A DNA stretch of 64,000 bases from assembly GCA_965214095.1 (NCBI GenBank), contig OZ243938.1:1554197-1618196 (forward strand), given 5' to 3'. The notes below the pieces were generated by a model, which saw only the letters and a list, made by a program, of their open reading frames with translations, ran no database searches and was not told the origin of the DNA. Below are positions 50,600 to 60,089 of the stretch, in pieces. Each line of letters begins with the position of its first letter. The first letter of the stretch is position 1. The position numbers and the translations under genes were made by a program. Origin of the DNA: Candidatus Poribacteria bacterium (GTDB taxonomy: Bacteria; Poribacteria; WGA-4E; WGA-3G).

Positions 50600-52804
50600 A
50601 TGGATAATCAACGATCACAAACACCCACACAAATACCCCAAACAAACGCAGATATTACCACTTGGTCTCTCCCTGAGGGTGCAATTGCACGTTTAGGGCG
50701 CGGTCGTAACCGTGGTGGTCTAACATTTTCACCTGATGGTGATTCTCTTGTTGTTGCGACAGACATCGGGTGTTGGTTGTATGACCTTGATACGCTGACG
50801 CCGAGTGCGTTATGGGCAACAGAACGGGGGATGGTTTCTGCCATCTCCTTTTCTCATAATGGGAAGTGGATTGCTACCACCAACTGGGACGGCATCGTGA
50901 AGATATGGGACACACAAACCTTACGCTGCATTTCCCAAATAGAACCACCTTGGCATCCTAATACATATGTAGATTTTTCATCAGATGGGCAGCACTTAGC
51001 TCTGGTTGGTAGTACACAAACTTCTGCATGGACAGCTGTTTACGACTGGCACTTGAACACAACTACGCCTATCATAAACTTAGATTTTACGCTGAAACCA
51101 CAGGTATACTCTGCAGTCTCAACAGCTTTTTCCATTAATGGTAATTTATTTGCGTATACGTCCGACTACAATATGACATCTGTGATGCACATGGAGACAG
51201 GGGAGATCATAGCGAAATTTACTGACACATATACCGATGACACATATACCAAAGGTCCTATTTTAGGGACCACCAACTTAGTTTTTTCACCTTGTGGAGA
51301 GTTCCTTGCGGGTTGTAATAAAAAGGACACGGTTCATGTATGGAATATCCAAAGCGGGAACTTTACGATGGAACCGACAACTTATCATCAGAGCACTCGG
51401 GTACTGCCGACCTACCTATCTGATGGCACATTACGGGTTGCTGCGCGTCATCCAAAAGAAATAATCATCTGGGATACGAAGTCGCAGGAGAAGGTGGACT
51501 CCATTGCATATTCGGGAGGGATCTTCTGGGCAACGTGCTTTTCAGTTGATGGTAGAAAGTTCGCAATCGCCAGTAGATACGATGATCTTAAGCTCTGGTG
51601 TGAAGGTTGTTCCTCAAAAGTCGTATCTCTGACTGAACATCTACATCCGGACCCTGTCCAAAGGTTCCCGAGCACACTGGATTTTTCTAAGGACAGTCGG
51701 ACACTTTTCTGTGGATACTGGAAACACATCGGACACCTTGCTTGGGATGTTTCGAAGCACCAAATAGCACGGACATTTCCGTCACATTCACATGAATATT
51801 CGGCACATCCCGATATGCCTTTCACGATGTCACACAATGCGGAACTGATAGCTACTGCAAACGGCATGGACAGCCCCATTAAAGTTTGGGATATAGCGTC
51901 AAATACGCAAGTTGCAGAGTTCCTCGAATCTTCATGGCAAGTGTGCTGGCTGACTTTTTCTTCAACAGCAGAATATCTTCTGAGTAGCATGAATAGAGAC
52001 GCAGCCAAGGTTTGGGATGTAGAATCTGGCACGCAAGTCGCAGAACTTACTGAGAAGGATAACTTAATGGAGAAAGGGTTCAAGATGAAAATGTTTTCTC
52101 CGACAGATGAATATATACTCGGTATCAGTAAGGATCGTATCAGCGTGTGGGATGCCTTGAAGTGGGAACATCTTTATGAAACTCACCTCAAGGGTTTTAA
52201 CAGGTCAAGGAGAGAGGGAGTATTTAAGTTTGGGACACCGTTGAGGTTTCATCCAGACGGTCAGCATTTCATCACTGCTGGATACGAAAAGGATGCTTTT
52301 GTCTGGGACCTCAAATGCGGTGAACAAGTGGGTTCACTTCACACAGAAAAATGTTTAGATACAACCCTCTATAGAGGTGAGCCACAAGATATCCAGCGTC
52401 TCCGCGAACAACAGAATGCGGACTCTCGACGTATCCGTGGAATTGAAACATCCCCCTGCGGCACTTTTATTGCTGGCGCAATGCATAACGAAATTAGGGT
52501 ATGGGACGCTGCTACCTTACAAACCCAAATAGCAATCATACCATCCATTGGCTGTCAGAAGTCTTATATAATAGTGTTTTCACCTTGCAGCAAGTATCTG
52601 GCAACAGGTGCGTGGTGGCAAGAGGGACAAACAAAAATGTCTATCAGGTTGTGGAATATCATTACAGGTGATAATATTGCCACTTTTTGGGCACACACGA
52701 CTGATGTTGATAAACTTGCGTTTTCACCGGATGGCAAATATCTCGCAAGCGGTAGTTATGATGGTACTATCCTCGTCTGGGATATGAAACCATTTATAAA
52801 TTAG
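50600..52804 (+). CDS. WD40 repeat protein, array member W12.
   Basis: The ATG follows GGAGG (MDNQRSQTPTQIPQTNADITTWSLPEGAIARLGRG). It is a paralog of W13. C-terminus ILVWDMKPFIN. Confidence 0.8.
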   Translation: MDNQRSQTPTQIPQTNADITTWSLPEGAIARLGRGRNRGGLTFSPDGDSLVVATDIGCWLYDLDTLTPSALWATERGMVSAISFSHNGKWIATTNWDGIVKIWDTQTLRCISQIEPPWHPNTYVDFSSDGQHLALVGSTQTSAWTAVYDWHLNTTTPIINLDFTLKPQVYSAVSTAFSINGNLFAYTSDYNMTSVMHMETGEIIAKFTDTYTDDTYTKGPILGTTNLVFSPCGEFLAGCNKKDTVHVWNIQSGNFTMEPTTYHQSTRVLPTYLSDGTLRVAARHPKEIIIWDTKSQEKVDSIAYSGGIFWATCFSVDGRKFAIASRYDDLKLWCEGCSSKVVSLTEHLHPDPVQRFPSTLDFSKDSRTLFCGYWKHIGHLAWDVSKHQIARTFPSHSHEYSAHPDMPFTMSHNAELIATANGMDSPIKVWDIASNTQVAEFLESSWQVCWLTFSSTAEYLLSSMNRDAAKVWDVESGTQVAELTEKDNLMEKGFKMKMFSPTDEYILGISKDRISVWDALKWEHLYETHLKGFNRSRREGVFKFGTPLRFHPDGQHFITAGYEKDAFVWDLKCGEQVGSLHTEKCLDTTLYRGEPQDIQRLREQQNADSRRIRGIETSPCGTFIAGAMHNEIRVWDAATLQTQIAIIPSIGCQKSYIIVFSPCSKYLATGAWWQEGQTKMSIRLWNIITGDNIATFWAHTTDVDKLAFSPDGKYLASGSYDGTILVWDMKPFIN

Positions 52805-52861
52805 TTTATATGTGCGTCATGTTGATACAAACAAGCAGTAGCAATTGTTGAGGAGATTATT

Positions 52862-55048
52862 ATGCAACATAAACAAACCTATAATACGAATCAAATAAAA
52901 TCTGATAATACAGATGTAACAACTTGGCACCTTCCCGATGGAGCAATTGCACGGTTAGGACGAGGTCGTATCCGTGGGGGTCTAACATTTTCACCTGATG
53001 GTAATTCTCTTGTTGTTGCGACAGACATCGGGTGTTGGTTGTATGACCTTGAAACATTAACACCACGGGCATTGTGGAATACAGAACGAGGGATGGTTTC
53101 TGCCATCTCCTTTTCTCATAATGGGAAGTGGATTGCTATCGGAAATATGCACGGCACCGTGAAGGTATGTGACACACAAACCTTACAATCCATTGCAATA
53201 ATAGAAACGAACCGACTTGTTACACGTATTAATATTTCTCCGAGTGGACAGCACTTGGCAATTGCTACAGTAGCTGGTGGCGTTCAAACTACTATTTATG
53301 CTTGTCGTCCTCATATCAGTACACCGATTGCAAACTTTGCTTTAACGCAAGAACAACGGGTAAAATGTACAACATCAATAGCATTTTCGCCTAATGGCTG
53401 CCTATTTGCTTACACGTCTGACATCAATAAAACATCTGTGATATATGTAGAGACAGGAGAAATCATCGCGGAACTTCACGATACGTATACCACGTATACC
53501 GAAGAACCTGGTGGATGTACGAAATTGGTTTTTTCACCGTGTGGTAAGTTCCTTGCGGGGTGTAATAAGAAGGACACGGTTCATGTCTGGGATATCCAAA
53601 GCGGTAACTTCGCAATAGAACCGACAACCTATCATCAGAGCACTCGCGTGCTGCCGACTTATCTATCTGATGGTACCCTAAAGGTTGCAGCGTGTTATCG
53701 CAAAGAGGTAATATTCTGGGATACAAAGTTACAACAGAAGATGGATGCTTTTGAATATATAGGGAGCGAAGGTGGGGCAACGTGCTTTTCAGTTGATGGT
53801 AGAAAGTTCGCAATTGCCAGTAAATACGACGATCTTAAGGTCTGGTGTGAAGGTTCTCCCTCAAAAGTCGTATCTTTACCTGAACATCTACATCCCGACC
53901 CTGTGCAAAGGTTCCCGAATATACTGGATTTTTCTAAAGACAGTCGGACGCTTTTCTGTGGATATTGGAAACACACCGGGTACCTCGCTTGGGATGTTTC
54001 GAAGCACCAAATAGCACGGACATTTCCGTCACATTCACGCGGATATTCGGCACATCCCGAAATGCCTTTCACGATGTCACACAATGCGGAACTGATAGCT
54101 ACAGCAAACGGAACGGACAGTCCCATTAGTGTTTGGAATGTAGTCTCAAACACGCAAGTGGCAGAGTTCCTCAAATCTTCACGGCAAGTGTGCTGGCTAA
54201 CGTTATCTCCAAAAGGAGAATATCTTGTGGGTAGCATGAAGGGAGACGCAGCCAAGGTATGGGATGTAGAATCTGGCACGCAAATCACAGAACTTACAGA
54301 GAAGGATACTTCGTTGACGAAAGGAGTCAGAATGAAGATGTTTTCCCCGACAGGTGAATATATACTCGGTATCGGTAAGGATCGTATCAGCGTGTGGGAT
54401 GCCTTGAAGTGGGAACATCTTTATGAAACTCGCCTCAAAGAGTTTAACCGGTCCAGGAGAGACGGAGTGTTTAAGCTTGGGACACCGTTGAGGTTTCATC
54501 CAGACGGTCAGCATTTCTTCACTGCTGGATACGAAGTGGGTGCTTATGTGTGGGAACTCAAAAACGGTGAACAAGTGGGGACACTACCCACAGAAATATG
54601 CATAGATACAACCCTATATAGAGGAGATCCACAGAACATCCAGCTGGTCCGTAAACAGCAGGAAACGACCCGTCGCGTCCGACAACTTGAGGTATCTCTT
54701 TGCGGTACTATTATTGCTGGCGCAATGCAAAACGAAATTAGGGTATGGGATGCAGCCACACTACAAACAAAAATGGTGATAATACCTCCGAAAGGATGTC
54801 AAAAACCTTTCACCTTAGCCTTTTCACCGTGTAGTCAATATCTTGCTGCTGGCGTATGGTGGCAACACGGACAAATAAGAATGTCTATCCGGGTATGGAA
54901 TATCACTACTGGTGAAAATATTACTACCTTCTGGGCACATCCTACCGATATCGATAGACTTAGGTTTTCACCGGATGGCAAATATCTCGCAAGTGGCAGT
55001 TATGATGGCACCATCCTGCTCTGGGATATGAAACCATTTATAAATTAG
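52862..55048 (+). CDS. WD40 repeat protein, array member W13.
   Basis: It has the conserved leader and MQHKQTYNTNQIKSDNTDVTTWHLPDGAIARLGRG. C-terminus ILLWDMKPFIN. Confidence 0.8.
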   Translation: MQHKQTYNTNQIKSDNTDVTTWHLPDGAIARLGRGRIRGGLTFSPDGNSLVVATDIGCWLYDLETLTPRALWNTERGMVSAISFSHNGKWIAIGNMHGTVKVCDTQTLQSIAIIETNRLVTRINISPSGQHLAIATVAGGVQTTIYACRPHISTPIANFALTQEQRVKCTTSIAFSPNGCLFAYTSDINKTSVIYVETGEIIAELHDTYTTYTEEPGGCTKLVFSPCGKFLAGCNKKDTVHVWDIQSGNFAIEPTTYHQSTRVLPTYLSDGTLKVAACYRKEVIFWDTKLQQKMDAFEYIGSEGGATCFSVDGRKFAIASKYDDLKVWCEGSPSKVVSLPEHLHPDPVQRFPNILDFSKDSRTLFCGYWKHTGYLAWDVSKHQIARTFPSHSRGYSAHPEMPFTMSHNAELIATANGTDSPISVWNVVSNTQVAEFLKSSRQVCWLTLSPKGEYLVGSMKGDAAKVWDVESGTQITELTEKDTSLTKGVRMKMFSPTGEYILGIGKDRISVWDALKWEHLYETRLKEFNRSRRDGVFKLGTPLRFHPDGQHFFTAGYEVGAYVWELKNGEQVGTLPTEICIDTTLYRGDPQNIQLVRKQQETTRRVRQLEVSLCGTIIAGAMQNEIRVWDAATLQTKMVIIPPKGCQKPFTLAFSPCSQYLAAGVWWQHGQIRMSIRVWNITTGENITTFWAHPTDIDRLRFSPDGKYLASGSYDGTILLWDMKPFIN

Positions 55049-55105
55049 TTTATATGTGTGTCATGTTGAGCTAAACAAACTGCAGCAATTGCTGAGGAGA
55101 TTATT

Positions 55106-57190
55106 ATGCATCATATTCAAACCTATAATACGAATCAAATGAAATCTGATAATACAGATGTAACAACATGGGAACTACCTGAAGGTGCAATCGACAGATT
55201 AGCAAGGGGACGGGTGTCGGATATGTCATTTTCAACTGATGGTAAGTATCTTGCCGTCGCAACGCCGATCGGTTGTTGGTTGTATGATAGATTGTCGCTG
55301 AAAACGATCGCGTTATTTGATACAGAAAGTGGAATGCTTAATACCATTGCCTTTTCACCCGACACCCAGTTCATTGCTACCAGTAATAAAGATGGTGTTT
55401 TAAAGGTATGGGATACACAAACGCTAAAGTGTCTTGCAAAGATAAACCATCGCAAGAATGTAGATGCAGCTTCAGGATATTTTTCGAAGCTCTGCTTTTC
55501 TCAAGATAACCAATACTTAGCCGCATCCTGTTTTGATAAACAAAATGTTGTCTACGCATGGCAACAAAACACTGATAAACCTATGATCTGTTTACCGATT
55601 GATGTAGAAGAAACGAAGGGACACAGCTTTCCCATCTGTTTCTCACCTAATGGGTATCTACTCGCGTATGTGTCTTCTGTATCTCTCCAGAACACTGTAA
55701 CGATTTCCGATATTGAAACCGGTGAACACATCACACATCTTAGCCAATCCTCGGCACTGTCTACATACCGTTTTTCCCCTTGCGGACAATATATAGCAGC
55801 TGCTAATCGGAACAATGAAGTGTTGGTATGGAATGTTCACAACGGCACTTTGGAAACGGAACCAACAGCGTATGATGGAAAGTGGTTAAGCATTGCCTAT
55901 ACACCTTATGGCATACTACGCGTTGCCGATATTTACGACTATAAAGTTGTGATTTGGGATGCTATCTCAAAAGAAAAAATAGATACCTTTGAACGCGATA
56001 AACCCAGGTCTGATCATTTTTTAAGCGGACATCATTTACACTTTTCATCCGGTGGCGCACACATCGCAACGATCCTCTCGCGCAGTAAGCTCTGTGTGTG
56101 GACGGTCGGGGCACCATCAAGTAAAGTTTCAAGTCCTGCTGATCATAAACCTGTTGTCCACGCGGTTGCTTTTTCTAAAGACGGAAAGACATTAGCAAGT
56201 AGATATGCGTGGGGTATGTATCACGTATTCTGGGATGCTACACAGCGACAAACAGAACAAATATTCCCAACGCCAAATATCCAAGCACAACGCACAGCTC
56301 TAACTAAAGACCTAACAGAAGAAGAGAAAAAGCAGTGGTACCGTGTCAGTGCCTTGTCACCTTGTAGGGAACGACTGGCACTTCGCGACCTTCCGAGAGG
56401 GTCAGTTGAAATTTGGGATATTGCGTCTGAAACCCTTATTACAGAACTCTCGGACAGTAAGAAATTTAGATCTTGGCGTGAAATGCGTTTTTCACCGACA
56501 GGTGAACGTTTTATCGATACAGCACCGACAGGTGATATTGATGTCTGGGATACACAGTCTGGTGAGAAAGTCAATACACTCGCAGGAGATAACCGACTGA
56601 TTTTGACAACTGCGTTTCACCCTGATGGTAAACAACTCGCTGCTGCACCAAAAGGGAGTGCTGGAATGCTTTGGGATATTGACAGCGGTGAACAACTCGG
56701 AGTGTTCCCTACAGAACTGCCAGAAGATACCTCCCTCTATAGAGGCGATCCAGAGCAGATACACCAATATATTCAAAAATATAAAAAAATAATCAAGCAA
56801 TATAAGTGTATCCCTTACAAACTCGCCTTCTCTCCTTGTGGCACGATGATCGCCTGTGGGATACAAGATCATATCCGGTTGCGAAATACAGCAACCTTAG
56901 AAACGCACATGCTTATACTACCACCCGAAACGTGTAGCAGACCGTTTGCACTCACATTTTCCCCCTGCGGAAAATACCTCGTCTCTGGGTCGTGGTGGAT
57001 AAAGGGGTTGGACAAAGTATCCATAAGAATATGGGAAGTCGCAACGGGTCAAAATATACACACATTCTGGGGACATACAACAGATGTGCAGGATTTAGCA
57101 TTTTCACCGGATGGCAAATATCTCGCAAGTAGCAGTTATGATGGCACCATACTCCTCTGGGATATGAAACCTTTTACCGGTTCAGATTGA
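55106..57190 (+). CDS. WD40 repeat protein, array member W14.
   Basis: It has the conserved leader with the AGCAATTGCT palindrome and MHHIQTYNTNQMKSDNTDVTTWELPEGAIDRLARG. Its 3' ~250 bp is nearly identical to W9 and W11. Confidence 0.8.
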   Translation: MHHIQTYNTNQMKSDNTDVTTWELPEGAIDRLARGRVSDMSFSTDGKYLAVATPIGCWLYDRLSLKTIALFDTESGMLNTIAFSPDTQFIATSNKDGVLKVWDTQTLKCLAKINHRKNVDAASGYFSKLCFSQDNQYLAASCFDKQNVVYAWQQNTDKPMICLPIDVEETKGHSFPICFSPNGYLLAYVSSVSLQNTVTISDIETGEHITHLSQSSALSTYRFSPCGQYIAAANRNNEVLVWNVHNGTLETEPTAYDGKWLSIAYTPYGILRVADIYDYKVVIWDAISKEKIDTFERDKPRSDHFLSGHHLHFSSGGAHIATILSRSKLCVWTVGAPSSKVSSPADHKPVVHAVAFSKDGKTLASRYAWGMYHVFWDATQRQTEQIFPTPNIQAQRTALTKDLTEEEKKQWYRVSALSPCRERLALRDLPRGSVEIWDIASETLITELSDSKKFRSWREMRFSPTGERFIDTAPTGDIDVWDTQSGEKVNTLAGDNRLILTTAFHPDGKQLAAAPKGSAGMLWDIDSGEQLGVFPTELPEDTSLYRGDPEQIHQYIQKYKKIIKQYKCIPYKLAFSPCGTMIACGIQDHIRLRNTATLETHMLILPPETCSRPFALTFSPCGKYLVSGSWWIKGLDKVSIRIWEVATGQNIHTFWGHTTDVQDLAFSPDGKYLASSSYDGTILLWDMKPFTGSD

Positions 57191-57269
57191 GGCACTTCCA
57201 ATAAGAATGTGCCAATTGCTTGAAACTGAGATGAATTTCCGCTAAACTTTAGCAGGGAGGATTATGATC

Positions 57270-58541
57270 ATGTCAAACATTTCAGATGAACAATTGGTAG
57301 TCGCCGCGGCAAAAGGTGATACCAATGCAATGGAAAACATAAAAGAAAGAGCAATATTTGGAAAATACGGCATACGCAAATGTCTTAAGAAGATGGGATG
57401 TACTGATAAAGAAATATCTCTGCTGGAACCCAAAATAGTCCAGATTTTGTTGGCTTCCATACCCAAATATGAATTCACTGCTCCGTTTTTTGTATACGGA
57501 TACCGTCTTGCGGTAAATTATTCTCTCCAATATAAGGAAAACAGGGAAGTTCTACTGTTTGACAAACGGATACATAAGGAAAAAGCATGCCCAAATACAC
57601 TGCGGACATTGAGCGACACTCTTGGAAAACCTAAGCATCCGCCGCTTGAACAAATTGACCTTGAGATTCGGACACTTGTGAGTTTACTGAATCAATCACC
57701 TGACATTAAAACATCCGGTTCCTCTTGTAGTGGACATCCAGATCAGGAAGAATGGAAAAACGGGAAATGGTCTCAATTTGGAGGATATATTGGGATCATA
57801 CCAATGAGTTCCCCGGACAAGGCATTGGATTTTCTCAACGGTATACTGAAGAAGTTAGATAATTCTAACACACAGACCAAGAATAGATTTTTACCAGCAG
57901 ACCTACAGCAAACAAAGAGTACACTGAATGAAAACATCACTTTCACTGACGCAATTCGCGCACGATACAAGCAAGTAGACGCTGAGGATTTGTTCTGCTC
58001 AGATGCCCCCGTTGTCTTGATAAACGTTTCATTCCGTTTTTATGTGTGCCATAGCCATGCAAAGCATTCTTTAGAAATCTGGAAACAACTCATCGCGCGT
58101 ATAAAAGAGTTGATCCCAGAAGACAGGGAGCTTACTGCTGAAGTTGACACGCCAGAGAAGGCAATGCAGCTATTGCAAAAAGCATTACACCGGTTACCCT
58201 TCCTATTTAGTGCCACACTTACGACAAGTCAGGAAGGATATCCCGGAATAGTCTTGACTACTGTAGCAGACCTCGCTTTATTACAGTGGTTTTCAACATT
58301 AGCCGATAGGCTGCATGAATGTCTTGATAATGCAGGATATGTAAGTTCTCGCTATACAGAAGATGAAATACCATATGCTGAAAAGTGGTCTTTCACGTTG
58401 AGACCATTTCTAAACCAAGAATGCATACCGTTACCGCATCTGTTAGCACCGCAGTGGGAACCACGCACTCGTGAAGACCATCTGAAGATTTGGAAACTCC
58501 TTGAGTTAACAGTGGCAGAACAAGTTGAATGTGAAATTTAG
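57270..58541 (+). CDS. Hypothetical protein with an ECF-sigma region-2-like N-terminal domain and a ~330-aa domain of unknown function (paralog A).
   Basis: The N-terminus QLVVAAAKGDTNAMENIKERAIFGKYGI...FTAPFFVYGYRLAVNYSLQYKEN resembles sigma-70 region 2 (ECF). No region-4 helix-turn-helix is visible. GGGAGG lies 9 nt before the ATG. Confidence 0.45.
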   Translation: MSNISDEQLVVAAAKGDTNAMENIKERAIFGKYGIRKCLKKMGCTDKEISLLEPKIVQILLASIPKYEFTAPFFVYGYRLAVNYSLQYKENREVLLFDKRIHKEKACPNTLRTLSDTLGKPKHPPLEQIDLEIRTLVSLLNQSPDIKTSGSSCSGHPDQEEWKNGKWSQFGGYIGIIPMSSPDKALDFLNGILKKLDNSNTQTKNRFLPADLQQTKSTLNENITFTDAIRARYKQVDAEDLFCSDAPVVLINVSFRFYVCHSHAKHSLEIWKQLIARIKELIPEDRELTAEVDTPEKAMQLLQKALHRLPFLFSATLTTSQEGYPGIVLTTVADLALLQWFSTLADRLHECLDNAGYVSSRYTEDEIPYAEKWSFTLRPFLNQECIPLPHLLAPQWEPRTREDHLKIWKLLELTVAEQVECEI

Positions 58542-58665
58542 AGCATTTACCAGTAATCTATATTAAAATGTAATAAGTAAACACCTCGCTATAGAAAATG
58601 AAGACTAAAAACATTTTGGGGTGATCCACTCAACAATCGTCAAATTGACATTTAGGAGGATTTTT

Positions 58666-59943
58666 ATGTTGTCAAACATTTCAGAGCAAAGATTGATAGT
58701 TGCAGCGGTGAAAGAAGGTGATTCCAATGCATTGGAAGAACTAAAAGAACGTCTAATTTCTGGACAATACGGTATACGCCCTATAATTAATAGAATTCCA
58801 TGTGCAGATGCCGACAGAAAAATACTTGAACAACATATTGTGGAGAATATCATCAATGATTTGCATGCACATGGGTTCAGAGGGTCTATCCAGACATCTG
58901 GATTCCGTCTCGCTACCCATTTTGCTATCCAATATAGGAATAATAACGACTTTAGACTTTCTGACCTAGACAGTCCGAAAGAGAAAGTAGTGCTGACTGC
59001 AAACAATGATCCTGAAGAACCTAAGCACCCTCCACTGGAGGAAATTGACCTTGAGATTCGGACACTTGTGAGTTTACTGAATCAATCACCTGATATTAAA
59101 ACATCCGGTTCTTGTAGTGGACATCCACAATGGCAACCCGATAAATGGACTCAGTATGGAGGCTATCTTGGGATCAGACCTATCAGTTCTCCGCGTAAAA
59201 CTTTAGATTTTCTTGTTGGTATGCTGATGCAGTTAGATAATACAGGCACGCCAACCAATAATGCATACTTGCCAGCTGCGCTGCAAGTAGAGGATAGCAC
59301 ACGGAATGATAACACCATTTCTGTCGAAGCAATTCGTGAGCGATATAAGCAAGCTGACGCGGAGAATTTATACTGTTCCGGTGCGCCTATTGTCCTTATA
59401 GGTGTTTATTTTCGTTTCTATGTTTGTCATCGTGAAGAAAGCCACTCTTTAGAAATCTGGAAACAACTCATCGCACGTATAAAAGAGTTGATCCCAGAAG
59501 ACGGAGAGCTTACTGCCGAAGTTGACACGCCAGAGATGGCAATGCAGCTATTACAAAAAGCATTACACCGGTTACCCTTCCTATTTAGTGCCACACTTAC
59601 GACAAGTCAGGAAGGATATCCCGGTATTATCTTGCACACAGTAGCAGACCTTTCATTATTCCAATGGTTTTGTGCATTAACCGACAAACTACATGAGCAG
59701 CTTGGCAAAGCAGGATATGTAAGTTCTCGCGATACAGAAGATGAAATACCATATGCTGAAAAGTGGTCTTTCACGTTGAGACCATTTCTAAATCAAGAAT
59801 GCATACCGTTACCGCATCTGTTAGCGCCGCAGTGGGAACCACGCACTCGTGAAGACCATCTGAAGATTTGGAAACTCCTTGAGTTGGCAGTTGCAGAACA
59901 ACTTAAGTCTGAGGGTATTACATTAAAAACTGAAAATACGTAG
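58666..59943 (+). CDS. Paralog B of the sigma-2-like/unknown-domain protein.
   Basis: AGGAGG lies 6 nt before the ATG (MLSNISEQRLIVAAVKEGDSNALEELKERLISGQYGI...). Long blocks are near-identical to paralog A (HPPLE.IDLEIRTLVSLLNQSPDIKTSGS ... EIWKQLIARIKELIPED.ELTAEVDTPE.AMQLLQKALHRLPFLFSATLTTSQEGYPGI). Confidence 0.45.
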   Translation: MLSNISEQRLIVAAVKEGDSNALEELKERLISGQYGIRPIINRIPCADADRKILEQHIVENIINDLHAHGFRGSIQTSGFRLATHFAIQYRNNNDFRLSDLDSPKEKVVLTANNDPEEPKHPPLEEIDLEIRTLVSLLNQSPDIKTSGSCSGHPQWQPDKWTQYGGYLGIRPISSPRKTLDFLVGMLMQLDNTGTPTNNAYLPAALQVEDSTRNDNTISVEAIRERYKQADAENLYCSGAPIVLIGVYFRFYVCHREESHSLEIWKQLIARIKELIPEDGELTAEVDTPEMAMQLLQKALHRLPFLFSATLTTSQEGYPGIILHTVADLSLFQWFCALTDKLHEQLGKAGYVSSRDTEDEIPYAEKWSFTLRPFLNQECIPLPHLLAPQWEPRTREDHLKIWKLLELAVAEQLKSEGITLKTENT

Positions 59944-60089
59944 TGTATCTCATAAATCATTATAGGACGAGGTTTTGTGCTTCATCCTATCCTGGGAAAA
60001 AGACAATGGACGGGCACAGAGACTCGCCTCTACGATTTAAGGTAATGTGGTATTATTTCATTTCAAACTGTTTTTATGGTGTGTTTAAT

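Noticed and set aside
26661-57000. There are many 60-200-aa minus-strand ORFs inside the WD40 genes. Examples are 26661..27257, 37425..37868, 39654..40145, 44312..44716 and 48434..48937. Their translations are similar to one another (...IAPSGSSQVVTSV...).
   Set aside because: They are the antisense reading of the conserved N-terminal module (GAIARLGRG... region) of the plus-strand WD40 genes. Their similarity to each other simply mirrors conservation of the sense strand. They have no RBS and no independent support.
57191-57269. A possible separate small gene or signal at the junction between W14 and the sigma-2-like protein A (an alternative start at 57264).
   Set aside because: The ATG at 57264 is only 3 nt from the GGGAGG motif. 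The ATG at 57270 has proper spacing and aligns with the N-terminus of paralog B (MLSNIS/MSNIS).
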